In this document: one piece after another, positions 9,961 through 22,410 of the stretch
Layout: each line of letters begins with the position of its first letter
Position numbering within the stretch: position 1 is the first letter of the stretch
Source: Thermoanaerobaculia bacterium
Lineage (GTDB): Bacteria; Acidobacteriota; Thermoanaerobaculia; Multivoradales; Multivoraceae
Assembly (NCBI GenBank): GCA_963666565.1
Contig: OY762911.1
Coordinates: 2,784,001 to 2,848,000 of the forward strand
DNA: 64,000 nt
Direction of reading: 5' to 3'
Translations under genes and position numbers: made by a program
The notes under the pieces: model-generated
The model's database searches: none
Told to the model about the DNA's origin: nothing
The model's input: the letters and a program-made list of their open reading frames with translations, nothing else

Positions 9961-10989
9961 GTGACGCCGAGCAGCGACGTTTCGGCGGTGGCGCCGGTCC
10001 GCCTCGCCCGCATCGGCGGCGACGGCATCGGCCCGGAGGTCACAGGCGCCGCGGTACGGGTCGTCAACGCGGTCTGCGGCGACCGCATCGAATGGGTCGA
10101 GGCCGAGATGGGCTGGCGGACCTTCGAGCGCACCGGTCGCGCACTGCCCGAGGCCACGGTCGAGATCCTGGAGAGCTGCGCCGGCGCCCTGTTCGGCGCC
10201 GTCTCCTCGCCGAGCCACGCGGTGGACGGGTACCAGAGTCCGATCGTGGAGTTGCGGCGTCGTCTCGATCTCTACGCGAACCTGAGGCCGCTCCGCGCCG
10301 GCGCCGTCGACGCCGTTGTTGTCCGTGAGAACACGGAAGGTCTGTACGCAGGCCGGGAACGCTGGGAGAGGGAAGGCGAGGTGGCGATCGCCGAGCGAGT
10401 GATCAGCCGCCGGGCGACGGAACGGATCGTCCGTTTCGCCTGCGAGCTGGCGCTTTCGCGCGCGGCTTCGCGAGACCGACCACCCCTGCTCACCGTCGTC
10501 CACAAGGCGAACGTCCTCCGCCTGAGCGACGGCCTCTTCCGCGAGACGGCGCTCGAGGTCTCGGCCGGCTTCCCGGAGCTCGCAGTCGAGGAGCAGCTCG
10601 TCGACTCGATGGTCTACCGCCTGATCCTGGAGCCCGAGCGCTACGACGTGATCGTCGCGCCGAATCTCTACGGCGACATCCTGAGCGATGCCGGCGCGGC
10701 CCTCGTCGGCGGCCTCGGCGTCGTCGGCTCGGCCAACTGCGGCGAGGGCTTCTGCTTGGCAGAGCCGGTGCACGGAAGCGCTCCCGACATCGTTGGGCAG
10801 GGAATCGCCAATCCGATCGCCGCGGTCGCCGCCGGCGCATTGCTCCTCGAGCGGGTGGGCTTCGCCGCCGACGCGGCGCGCGTCGAGGAGGCCCTCGCCG
10901 AGCACCGGGCGGCTGGCCCTCGAACTCCCGACCGCGGCGGCGCCGCGACCACGGACGAGGCCCTCGCCGACCTGTTGGGGAACGTGTAA
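9961..10989 (+). CDS. Homoisocitrate dehydrogenase (IDH/IPMDH family)
   Basis: GDGIGPEV, RENTEGLY, HKANVL, PNLYGDILSD, EPVHGSAPDI; substrate assigned from context. Confidence 0.85.
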   Translation: MTPSSDVSAVAPVRLARIGGDGIGPEVTGAAVRVVNAVCGDRIEWVEAEMGWRTFERTGRALPEATVEILESCAGALFGAVSSPSHAVDGYQSPIVELRRRLDLYANLRPLRAGAVDAVVVRENTEGLYAGRERWEREGEVAIAERVISRRATERIVRFACELALSRAASRDRPPLLTVVHKANVLRLSDGLFRETALEVSAGFPELAVEEQLVDSMVYRLILEPERYDVIVAPNLYGDILSDAGAALVGGLGVVGSANCGEGFCLAEPVHGSAPDIVGQGIANPIAAVAAGALLLERVGFAADAARVEEALAEHRAAGPRTPDRGGAATTDEALADLLGNV

Positions 10990-11110
10990 CTGGAAGAGGA
11001 GCCTGAGACTACGCGAGCCTGGACGCGCGCTTGCACGATAGTCTTGGTCGCCTGCCGTTGGCCGAGGCATGGCTCGCACGTCCCCGCACAACGTCTGGAG
11101 CGGCCCTGAA

Positions 11111-11335
11111 ATGGAGCGAATCGTCAACCTGCACATCGAGAAGCTGCCCGAAGGGGTGTACCTCGCCACTTCCGAGGACATCCCTGGCTTGGTCGCTCAG
11201 GGCCGCACGGTTGCCGAGACCCTGGAGATCGCCCGCGATGTCGGCACGAAGCTGCTCCAGGCACAGTCCGATCGCCAGGATCGAGGTACCGGAAGGTCGT
11301 CGACAGGGCACGCGTTGCTCGCAGGATCGGCCTAG
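11111..11335 (+). CDS. HicB-like antitoxin, orphan
   Basis: IEKLPEGVYLATSEDIPGLVAQGRTVAETLEIARD. C-terminus looks divergent; no HicA found next to it. Confidence 0.7.
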   Translation: MERIVNLHIEKLPEGVYLATSEDIPGLVAQGRTVAETLEIARDVGTKLLQAQSDRQDRGTGRSSTGHALLAGSA

Positions 11336-11374
11336 CGGCGATCCGTGAAGATTGCGCCCGCTTCGACCAGTGGA

Positions 11375-11760
11375 TTACGGATCTGGAGGACTTGGGGCGT
11401 TCGTAGTGGACGAGGAGTCTCTGCTCGCAGGTGCCTGCTCTTTCCCGGCGGCGCGTATCTCTTCCAGTAGTGCGCGCGCACCATCGCTTAGTGCGTCCGC
11501 AGCAGCTCGGCGGCAAGTGAAGAAGCTGCGTGCGCTTGCGGTCCTGACGCCGTCGTCATTCTTCTCGCCCAAGTCAAAGTCGAAGTACCGTCCCGAACCG
11601 GACGAGTCGATCACGAAGGAATAGCGAGAGCCGGGCTCTTCATCGTCGGGGTCGTCCCAGTCCCACCGCAATTCGAGTCCTTGAGCGCTGGTCCGGGCGG
11701 TGTGGCGAATGTTCAGCAAAGGAATGCGAACCTCGCCGATGCCGGGCAGCGTGGCCGGTT
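11375..11760 (-). CDS. Hypothetical protein or fragment in a lower-GC patch
   Basis: Protein-like segment GLELRWDWD..YSFVIDSSGSGRYFDFD inside track ORF 11375..11965. Start unclear. Confidence 0.3.
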
Positions 11761-11854
11761 GCTGCAAAGCGACGTGATCTGGAGACCCAGAGCCGCTGCC
11801 TCGCTCCGTACAGGTCCACTTCGTCGCCTGCGCGTGGAGCCCAGTCGCGACGGT

Positions 11855-12037
11855 ATGGGTCTGCAGAAGACGATGATTCACTTGTTCGGGATCAAGTGTG
11901 CCGACGAGATCGAAGCATGCGGCACTTCGGCGGCTGATCTCTGTCGCATGGCCGGCATGAGCCACACCTATGGCACGGAGATTCGCAATGGCTGCCGCCT
12001 CGCCCGCTTCGTGGAGATCGTTCCCGGCCGGCTGTGA
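11855..12037 (+). CDS. Small HTH-like protein or fragment
   Basis: MIHLFGIKCADEI...AGMSHTYGTEIRNGCRLARFV resembles a recalled small HTH-like family (IHLFGIKY...YxTEIxKG); unverified. Confidence 0.4.
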   Translation: MGLQKTMIHLFGIKCADEIEACGTSAADLCRMAGMSHTYGTEIRNGCRLARFVEIVPGRL

Positions 12038-12118
12038 GGCTGACTTGTCGCTTCGCCTCGCAGCAAGGTGCTGGCCTTCGTCAGTGGTCGGAGCGACGGT
12101 GCCGAGCGACGGGTCCGA

Positions 12119-15391
<3,273 letters not shown>

Positions 15392-15503
15392 CCGGCGAGT
15401 CTACGACCGATCGGGCGGCTCGGCGATTCGCTCCGGCCCGGCGCCCGTTCCCGGGCGCAAGGACGGGAGGCCCGCGCACCGAAGCGCCGCCGCCAGGCGG
15501 GAG

Positions 15504-17846
15504 CTACGGCTGCCAGAGGTAGTTGAACTTGACGATCAACTCGCGCCTTGCCGTCTCCCTCGCGCTGAAGGCCGGGGCGTCCCAGTTGTGGTTGTAGACG
15601 ACGAACAGGTTGGCGCCGGGCTTGTAGATCCAGTTGAAGCGCACGTTGACGCCGGCCAGTCGAGCCGCGTCGTTGTACTGGGCGAGCGTGTTGAGGCGCA
15701 GGTCCGGGCTGAAGGCGGCGTCGAGGCGGACGGTGTAGATCGTGGCCGTGAAATCGCCCCGCGGCAGCATGACGTCGTTGTAGTTCCACTGGAACTCGGT
15801 CAGCAGGTGGCGCGACAGGCGAACGTAGCTCGACAGGACGTAGCTCCGGCGGTCGCCGCCGAAGAACTCGCCGACGTTGACGTTGCCGCGCCAGGCGAGT
15901 CGCCGTCCCTGGTTGGAGAACCCTCGCAGGAAGATCGAATCGAACTCGTAGAGGCCCGCGGGGATGACGATCCCGGGGCTGATCTCGAAGGGCTCGAAGA
16001 GTTGCTCGACGTCGTTGACGAACGCCAGGCGAAACCGGTCGTCGCCGGTGGTGCGCATGCCGATGGGCGCCAGGAGGAGCTTGCGGCTCTCCACCCGGCC
16101 CAGGCTTTCGCGCTCGAAGTAGTCGAGTTCCGCTTCGAGCGTCACGCTGCGGACGACGCCGCGGTTGATCCGCGGTTCCCATCGCACCCTCGGGTTGTAG
16201 CGGCGGAAGTCCCGGCGCAGGAGAAAGCCGGCGCCGGGATCGAAGCCGGACTGGGCCTCCATCAGATCGACGTTGGCGCGCAGGGTGCGCGTCGTGTAGG
16301 CCCACCCGGCGCCGAGGGCGCCGGTATCGTCGTTCGGCCGTTCGTCCTCGCTGGCGGCCCCGAACAGGTAGAACTGGGACTGCCGGTTCGGCTTGTAGTC
16401 GACGTCGACGCCGTAGAGCCGGTTGCCTTCGCCGCCGCGCGGATCGAGTTCGGTGTAGATCATGCCGACGCTCGACCGCTCTCCGAGATCGCGCTTGAGC
16501 CGGAAGACGCTGTGTTGCGCGGCGGAGGTCGCGGGCCGGTCGCCGGCCGCCACGGCCTCGGTTCCCACGGTCAGCAGGCCGAGGTTCCAGGCGCCGGCCC
16601 GGCCGGTGAGGCGTGCGCCGACGTCGATCGGAACCGCCTCGCCGCCGGCGAGACCGATGCGCCTCGAGAAGAAGGCCTTCATCAGCGGCGGCTGCATGCC
16701 CGGCGGGGCCGGCGGACCGAACTCGAAGATTCCCGCGTTCTCCAGGAAGAACTCCCGCTTCTCGGGGAAGAAGAGCGAGAAGCGGGTGAGGTTGACCTGC
16801 TGCTGGTCGACCTCCACCTGCGCGAAGTCCGTGTTGTAGGTGAGATCGAGGGTCAGCGATTTCGTGAGACCCCATTTCAGGTCGATGCCGCCGTCGACGT
16901 CGTCGATCGTCCCGCTTGACGGGTCCCGCGGCTCCTCCGCGGCGGAGGCCAGGACGAAGGGCTTGACGTCGAGCCGCCGACCCGGCTTGACGCCCGAGAT
17001 GCCGGTGAGGTCGCCAGCGAGCGAGACCCGGTGGGCCGCGTACATGCGAGTGACGGCGGACATGCCGATCTCGCGTCCGATCGGCGCCCAGTAGCTCTCC
17101 TCGTTCGTCCGGCGGACGACCCGGCGGACGTTGAGCCCCCAGACGCTCTGCGCCGGGTCGAAGCGCAGCGTCGCGAAGGGGATCGCGACCTCGGCCTGCC
17201 AGCCCTCGGCCGTCGTGCGGGCCGAGGCGGTCCAGACCCCGTTCCACTCGATGTTCTGGTCCTTGCCCTCGTCGGTGACCAGCGAGTCGGTGCGGGCGCC
17301 GAGCGGGTTGACTTCGAAGGTGACGCTGTTGCGCCGGTCGTGGAAGGTGTCCAGCACGATCGCCAAGGAGTCGTCGTTGCCTCCGTGGTCGGAGTCGCGC
17401 TGGAGTTCCCTGGCGACGATCGCCTCGGGCTCGGCGTCGTGGGCGCGGATCCCGAAGTAGAGCGTGGTCCCGGTGTAGACGACGGAGAACTCGGTCCGTT
17501 GCGCGGCCGGGCGGTCGTCTTCCGGTTCGCGGGCGGTGAAGTTGGCGGCGACGGGCGCCTGGGCCCAGGCGGCTTCGTCGAGCACGCCGTCGACGCGGAT
17601 GGGGGTGTCGATGCGGAGTGCCTCGATCGTGGGCCGCGGGCTGGTGCTCGTCTGTGCGGCGGCGGGGGAGTGCGGAAGGCCGAAGGCGAGGAGGAATCCC
17701 GCCACGGCAAGGTGGAGCCGGCCTTGCGGCCGGCGCGTCCCTGCGCCAGCCGCGTCACAGTCCGAGCGCCCGTCATCGGGCGGTCGGATGTCGGACCCGC
17801 GCACCCAGCGTGCGGCAAGGTCCCTGAGCCACGGCGCAGCGGGCAC
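15504..17846 (-). CDS. CBM9-like domain + DUF5916-type outer-membrane protein
   Basis: VDGVLDEAAW, LDTFHDRR, WQAEVAIPF, NTDFAQVEVD..VNLTRFSLFFPEKREFFLE; beta-barrel-like C-terminus. Confidence 0.85.
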   Translation of the reverse strand: MPAAPWLRDLAARWVRGSDIRPPDDGRSDCDAAGAGTRRPQGRLHLAVAGFLLAFGLPHSPAAAQTSTSPRPTIEALRIDTPIRVDGVLDEAAWAQAPVAANFTAREPEDDRPAAQRTEFSVVYTGTTLYFGIRAHDAEPEAIVARELQRDSDHGGNDDSLAIVLDTFHDRRNSVTFEVNPLGARTDSLVTDEGKDQNIEWNGVWTASARTTAEGWQAEVAIPFATLRFDPAQSVWGLNVRRVVRRTNEESYWAPIGREIGMSAVTRMYAAHRVSLAGDLTGISGVKPGRRLDVKPFVLASAAEEPRDPSSGTIDDVDGGIDLKWGLTKSLTLDLTYNTDFAQVEVDQQQVNLTRFSLFFPEKREFFLENAGIFEFGPPAPPGMQPPLMKAFFSRRIGLAGGEAVPIDVGARLTGRAGAWNLGLLTVGTEAVAAGDRPATSAAQHSVFRLKRDLGERSSVGMIYTELDPRGGEGNRLYGVDVDYKPNRQSQFYLFGAASEDERPNDDTGALGAGWAYTTRTLRANVDLMEAQSGFDPGAGFLLRRDFRRYNPRVRWEPRINRGVVRSVTLEAELDYFERESLGRVESRKLLLAPIGMRTTGDDRFRLAFVNDVEQLFEPFEISPGIVIPAGLYEFDSIFLRGFSNQGRRLAWRGNVNVGEFFGGDRRSYVLSSYVRLSRHLLTEFQWNYNDVMLPRGDFTATIYTVRLDAAFSPDLRLNTLAQYNDAARLAGVNVRFNWIYKPGANLFVVYNHNWDAPAFSARETARRELIVKFNYLWQP
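17741..17808 (-). repeat. 50-nt repeat (GACATCCGACCGC...GTGACGCGGCTGGCGC) adjoining a REP half, inside the predicted N-terminus
   Basis: 3 mismatches in 50 nt to 29128-29177; looser copy at 26623-26674. Confidence 0.75.
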
Positions 17847-17859
17847 GCCGCCAGACCTC

Positions 17860-19719
17860 CTAGACCGTCTTCGTTCGCTGGTCGGCGAGGCTGAACTCCT
17901 GGTGCCAGGTCGAGTCGCCGCCGTCGCCCTTGCGGTCGACGACGACGTCGACGAGGAAGGGTTCGCCGGCGCGCGTGACCTCGATGCCGCGGCGGATCGC
18001 CGGCCGCAGGTCGGCCGCCGACTCGACGGCGACGCCGTCGACGCCCTGGCTTCTGGCGAGGCCGGCGAAGTCGATGTCGGGATCGCCCAGGTGCATGCCG
18101 GTGTAGCGGTTTGCCGCCTTCATCCTGCCGTCGTAGCGGGCGTAGGCGAAGCGGACCGTCTGGTAGTTCCGGTTGTTCGTGACCACGGTCAGCACCGGCA
18201 CGCCGTAGCGGGCCTGGCTCCAGAAGCCGGAGGCGCTGTACATGACCGAACCGTCGCCGATGTTGCAGACGACCTGCCGGTCGGGCTGGCCCAACTTGGC
18301 ACCGGTCGCGGCGCCGATGCCCCAGCCGAGGCCGGCGCCGGAGGTGGCGAGCCAGGTCTTTTCGTTGTCGCGATGGCCGGTGGAGAAGAACTGGTTCGAG
18401 CCGCTCAGGTTCTCGCTGACGACGATGGCGTTCGGGTCGAGTTCGGTCTCGAGCACGTGGCCCAGCTCGTCGGCGTGGATCGGGCTGCGACCCACGTTGG
18501 CCGGGTCGAGCTGCGGCAGCCGGCGGGCGGATTCGGGTCGCGAGTCGCGGATCTTCTTGCGGCGCTCTTCAGTGGTCAGCGACTCGACCGCCTCCACGAG
18601 GGCCTCGGCGGCGAGCCTGGCGTTCGCGACGACGGCGCGGCCGAACGGCCGGTCGCCGCCGATCGCCCCGGTGTTCAGGCCGATCCAGGCGCTCCGGGAA
18701 CCCTCGGCGTCGGGCCCGGCGGCGGCGGTGCCGCCGATGTCGCCGACGCCGATGCGGAGCACGAAGTCGCGGCCACGGCTGTTGTAGCCGCCGGCGTACA
18801 GCGGGTGCATGCGCGGGAAGCTGTGGAACGGCCAGTTCACGTCGGCTACCGGCACGGCGAGCGACTCCGCCAGCTCGAGCACGGCCTGCTGGGCGCCGGC
18901 CTTGCTCACCTCGTCGCCAACGTGGAGGATCGGCGACTCGGCCTCGATCAGCATCCGCGCCACCGCCTCGATGTCCTCCGTACGGGCGGGAATGTCGTCG
19001 GGAATGATGAAGGAGGGGCGGTCATGGATCGTGGCGGAGACGCCCTTCGCCTCCAGGGCGTGGTTGGCCAGGGCCAGGTAGGTCGGGCCGCCGGGCGCCG
19101 TGGTCGCGACCTTGAAGGCGCGCCGGAGCATGACCGGAATGGACTCCGGATCCCGGGTCTCCCAGGACATCTTCGTGAACTGGCGGTTCACGTCCTTCTG
19201 GTCGAAGCCGGGCCGGGCCGCCAGCAGCAGGTTGTCGTCCTGCATCTCGTTGTCGAGCAGGCCGGCGGTCACGACGAGGGCGGAGCCGTCGCGGCTCGAG
19301 TTGTAGAGCTGGCCGGCGGACTGCGCGGTGCCCGCGATCACGTGGACGTTGACGAAGGCCGGTTCGCCCGAGGCCTTGTGGTAGCCGTCGGCCATCGAGA
19401 TGACGATCCCCTCGTGCAGCCCCATGATGAGTTGCATCTTCGGCCGGTCGAGGAAGGCGTCGAACAGGCCGACCTCGAAGGAGCCGGGGTTCGTGAACAG
19501 GAAGCGGACGCCGGCTGCCTCCATCTGCTCGACCATCAGGTCGCCGCCGGTGCCGCTGGCGGTGCGGCTGCCCGTCTCCGGATCGGCGTTCGCCGCGGCG
19601 GCCGCCGCGTTGGCCGTGGACTCGGCGATCGTGCCGGTGAGCCCCAGCGCCGTCAGCGCCTGAATGAACCCGCGGCGGGAGAGATCGTTGCGGAGGAAGC
19701 GGTAGACCAGTTCGTTCAC
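17860..19719 (-). CDS. Thiamine diphosphate-dependent enzyme (benzoylformate decarboxylase-like) with Tat signal
   Basis: LSRRGFIQALTALG; NPGSFE, GLHEG; GDGS..(x)n..NN ThDP motif. Confidence 0.85.
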   Translation of the reverse strand: MNELVYRFLRNDLSRRGFIQALTALGLTGTIAESTANAAAAAANADPETGSRTASGTGGDLMVEQMEAAGVRFLFTNPGSFEVGLFDAFLDRPKMQLIMGLHEGIVISMADGYHKASGEPAFVNVHVIAGTAQSAGQLYNSSRDGSALVVTAGLLDNEMQDDNLLLAARPGFDQKDVNRQFTKMSWETRDPESIPVMLRRAFKVATTAPGGPTYLALANHALEAKGVSATIHDRPSFIIPDDIPARTEDIEAVARMLIEAESPILHVGDEVSKAGAQQAVLELAESLAVPVADVNWPFHSFPRMHPLYAGGYNSRGRDFVLRIGVGDIGGTAAAGPDAEGSRSAWIGLNTGAIGGDRPFGRAVVANARLAAEALVEAVESLTTEERRKKIRDSRPESARRLPQLDPANVGRSPIHADELGHVLETELDPNAIVVSENLSGSNQFFSTGHRDNEKTWLATSGAGLGWGIGAATGAKLGQPDRQVVCNIGDGSVMYSASGFWSQARYGVPVLTVVTNNRNYQTVRFAYARYDGRMKAANRYTGMHLGDPDIDFAGLARSQGVDGVAVESAADLRPAIRRGIEVTRAGEPFLVDVVVDRKGDGGDSTWHQEFSLADQRTKTV

Positions 19720-19909
19720 GGTGGGTCCTCCCAGGGGCCGCGGGGGCCGGCGTTCCGGCCGGCGTTGCGTACTCCGTGTCGTTCGCGGCAGCCTAGCAGC
19801 CGGCCGGGAGCGCTCGCGCGACGCCGGGGCCGATCGCTGCTATCATCGCCCGCCGAACGAGACCGCCCCGACGCTCGCCCCCGAGACGTCGCGCCGATGG
19901 AGTCCTGAC

Positions 19910-20149
19910 ATGCCCAGAGTCTGCCGGATCACCGGCAAGAAGCCGCTGAGCGGCCACAACATCTCGCACGCGCACAACGTCACGAACAAGTGGCAGCGGC
20001 CGAACATCCAGACCAAGCGGCTGTATGTTCCCGAGCTGAAGCGGACGCTCAAGCTCAAGGTGTCGACCCGCGCGCTCCGCACGATCGACAAGAAGGGCCT
20101 GATGCCCTACCTGAAGAGTCGCGGCCTGACGCTGCGCGACATCACCTGA
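19910..20149 (+). CDS. rpmB: 50S ribosomal protein L28
   Basis: MPRVCRITGKKPLSGHNISHAHN...PNIQTKR...KVSTRALRTIDKKG. Confidence 0.95.
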   Translation: MPRVCRITGKKPLSGHNISHAHNVTNKWQRPNIQTKRLYVPELKRTLKLKVSTRALRTIDKKGLMPYLKSRGLTLRDIT

Positions 20150-20220
20150 GGGCGGCGCAGCGGTCGCCGCTTCGCGGCGCGTCTCTCTGGCCGCCTGCGG
20201 CGGCAGCCGGCGGGAACCCG

Positions 20221-20279
20221 GGTGGCGCGGTTCGCGCCACCTGTGAACCAGTCCGTGCGCCCGTCAGCGGGCGCACGGA
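20221..20279. terminator. Two GC-rich hairpins between the convergent rpmB and flotillin genes
   Basis: GGTGGCGCG-GTT-CGCGCCACC and TCCGTGCGCCCG-TCAG-CGGGCGCACGGA; no U-tract. Confidence 0.4.
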
Positions 20280-20316
20280 TGGCACGCCGGCGCACCCGGT
20301 GTGAGGCGCCGTGCGC

Positions 20317-21750
20317 TCAGGGTTCGGGGTCGGCTGGCGGTTCCTCGTCCGGCTGGGCGGAGTGCCCCTCGGGTCCCGGGTCGCTTTCGCGGGCGCCCAG
20401 GTACTCGGGCAGCTTGATGCCGACGTTCTTCGTCAACTCGTGCAGCGGCGGCAGGGAACCGACCAGGCCGGAAACGAAGTCGGCCGTCGCCGTCTTGCCG
20501 TTCTCGCCGCGGCCGGAGTCCCACACGGTCACGTTGTCGATCTTGAGGCCGGCGATCGCCTTGACCTGCTCCTCGACCAGCTTGGGCAGCTGCTCGGTGG
20601 CCAGCAGCAGCGCCGCGTTGTCGGCGCCGCCGATCGCGTCGACGATGCGGTCGAAGCCATCGGCCTTCTTCTTGAGGATCGCCTCGATGCCGGCCGCCTC
20701 GGCTTCCTGGAGGCGCTGAATCCGGTCGGCGTCGGCCTCGGTCAGCGAGCGGATGCCGTCCGCCTCGCCTCGCTTCAGGCGCCGGTTGCGCTCGGCCTCG
20801 GCTTCGGCCAGGGTGGCGATCTCCTCCTTCTTGATCTCGGCGGGCACGACGACGTCCGCCCGCTGGGTCGCCTGCTCGCGGCTGGCGCGCGCGACCTCGG
20901 ACTCCTCCTGGGCCGCGTACGCTTCCTGCAGCGCCTGGGCGGCCTTGACCTTCTCGGCGGCGGAGGCGTCGCGCTCGGCCTCGGCCTCTTCCTTTCTCCG
21001 TTGAGAGTCGGACCGGGCCACCCGCACCGCGGATTCGTTCTCGCCCTCCTGGGCCGTCGCCCGGGCCTCGGCCACCTGGATGCGCCGGTCGCGCTCGGCG
21101 GCCGCCGCGCCGACCTCGCCGTCGCGCTCCTGCTCGGCGACCTTGACCTTCGCCTCGTTGATCGCCCGCGCCGCGGCCTCCTTGCCGAGCGCGTCGATGT
21201 AGCCGGACTCGTCCGTGATGTCCTGGATGTTCACGTTGATCAGCCGCAGGCCGACCTTCTTCAGCTCGACCTCGACGCCGTTCGAGATGTTCTCGATCAG
21301 CTTGTCGCGGTCGGCGTTGATCTCCTCGATCGGCATCGTCGCCAGGACGACGCGCATCTGGCCGAAGATGATGTCGCGGGCGAGCGCCGACACCCGCTCC
21401 ATCTGCATCCCGAGCAGGCGCTCGGCCGCGTTTTCCATCACCCCGGACTCGGTCGAGATGCCGACGGTGAACGTGGACGGGCAGTTCACGCGGATGTTCT
21501 GCTTCGACAGCGCGCCGGTCAGGTTGATGTCCATCGTCATCGGTTCGAGATCGAGGAACTGGTGCGCCTGGAGGATGGGGACGATGAAGGCGGCGCCGCC
21601 GTGGTAGCACTTCGCCGAGCCGGCGCCGCCGATCTTCCCGTAGACCACGAGGATGCGGTCGGACGGACACCGCCGGTAGCGGCTCGAGAGCGAGAAGACG
21701 AGGATGAGGACCGCCGCCAGGGCGGACAGGATGAGGATGATCAGGTCCAC
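20317..21750 (-). CDS. Flotillin / SPFH domain protein
   Basis: N-terminal TM, SRYRRCPSDRILVVYG, LINVNIQDITDESGYI, long coiled coil. Confidence 0.92.
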   Translation of the reverse strand: MDLIILILSALAAVLILVFSLSSRYRRCPSDRILVVYGKIGGAGSAKCYHGGAAFIVPILQAHQFLDLEPMTMDINLTGALSKQNIRVNCPSTFTVGISTESGVMENAAERLLGMQMERVSALARDIIFGQMRVVLATMPIEEINADRDKLIENISNGVEVELKKVGLRLINVNIQDITDESGYIDALGKEAAARAINEAKVKVAEQERDGEVGAAAAERDRRIQVAEARATAQEGENESAVRVARSDSQRRKEEAEAERDASAAEKVKAAQALQEAYAAQEESEVARASREQATQRADVVVPAEIKKEEIATLAEAEAERNRRLKRGEADGIRSLTEADADRIQRLQEAEAAGIEAILKKKADGFDRIVDAIGGADNAALLLATEQLPKLVEEQVKAIAGLKIDNVTVWDSGRGENGKTATADFVSGLVGSLPPLHELTKNVGIKLPEYLGARESDPGPEGHSAQPDEEPPADPEP

Positions 21751-21769
21751 GGTTGGGTTCTCCTGACTG

Positions 21770-22357
21770 CTACTTTGTTGCTGTCGGCTCGTCGGCTTCC
21801 GCTTCGAGCGGAGCGACGAGCAGGGTGTTCCGATCGAGGAGGTCGACCACGCGGATGCGGGCCAGAGTCGGCAGGTCCCGGTCGTGCCGCGTCATCGCGG
21901 CGACCGTGCGGAACCGGCCCTGGACCAGGACCTCGACCTGCCCCGGTTTCTTCAGACTGGCGCCGATGGGCGCGTAGACCTTGCCGGCCACGCCGACCGC
22001 GTTCCTGTAGTCCACGGTGCCGCTGTGGCGCATTCCGATCATCACGCGCATGATGAGGAACAGGATGCCGGCGAAGAGGAGGCCGACGGCGGTGCCGCCG
22101 AGCGAGGCGGCGAGCGTTCCGTAGCCGGCGCGCATCATGACGACGCCGGTCCAGCCGAAGCCGGCCAGGAAGCCGCTCACCGTGCGCAGCGACAGCAGGG
22201 ACGTCCCCTCACCGTCGACGGCGTCGAACAGGTCGTCGAGCCCGAAGACGGTGAGGACGACCTGGACCAGGAGGGCCAGGGCGGAGACGATGCCGAGCGC
22301 GTAGAAGACGCGGTACGCGCCGTCCAGCGAACCCCACCAGTTGCCGACTGCCTCCAT
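21770..22357 (-). CDS. NfeD-like membrane protein (flotillin partner)
   Basis: Three TM helices plus OB-fold GKVYAPI...GQVEV; directly upstream of flotillin. Confidence 0.8.
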   Translation of the reverse strand: MEAVGNWWGSLDGAYRVFYALGIVSALALLVQVVLTVFGLDDLFDAVDGEGTSLLSLRTVSGFLAGFGWTGVVMMRAGYGTLAASLGGTAVGLLFAGILFLIMRVMIGMRHSGTVDYRNAVGVAGKVYAPIGASLKKPGQVEVLVQGRFRTVAAMTRHDRDLPTLARIRVVDLLDRNTLLVAPLEAEADEPTATK

Positions 22358-22410
22358 CGTTCCTCCCCTCTTCTTCTACGTGTCTTCGGGGTCCATTGTT
22401 GGCGCCGCCG

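Noticed and set aside
8009-10989. leuCDB leucine operon
   Set aside because: The lead gene is a Lys20-type homocitrate synthase and the leader peptide carries spaced Lys codons. Dual specificity cannot be excluded.
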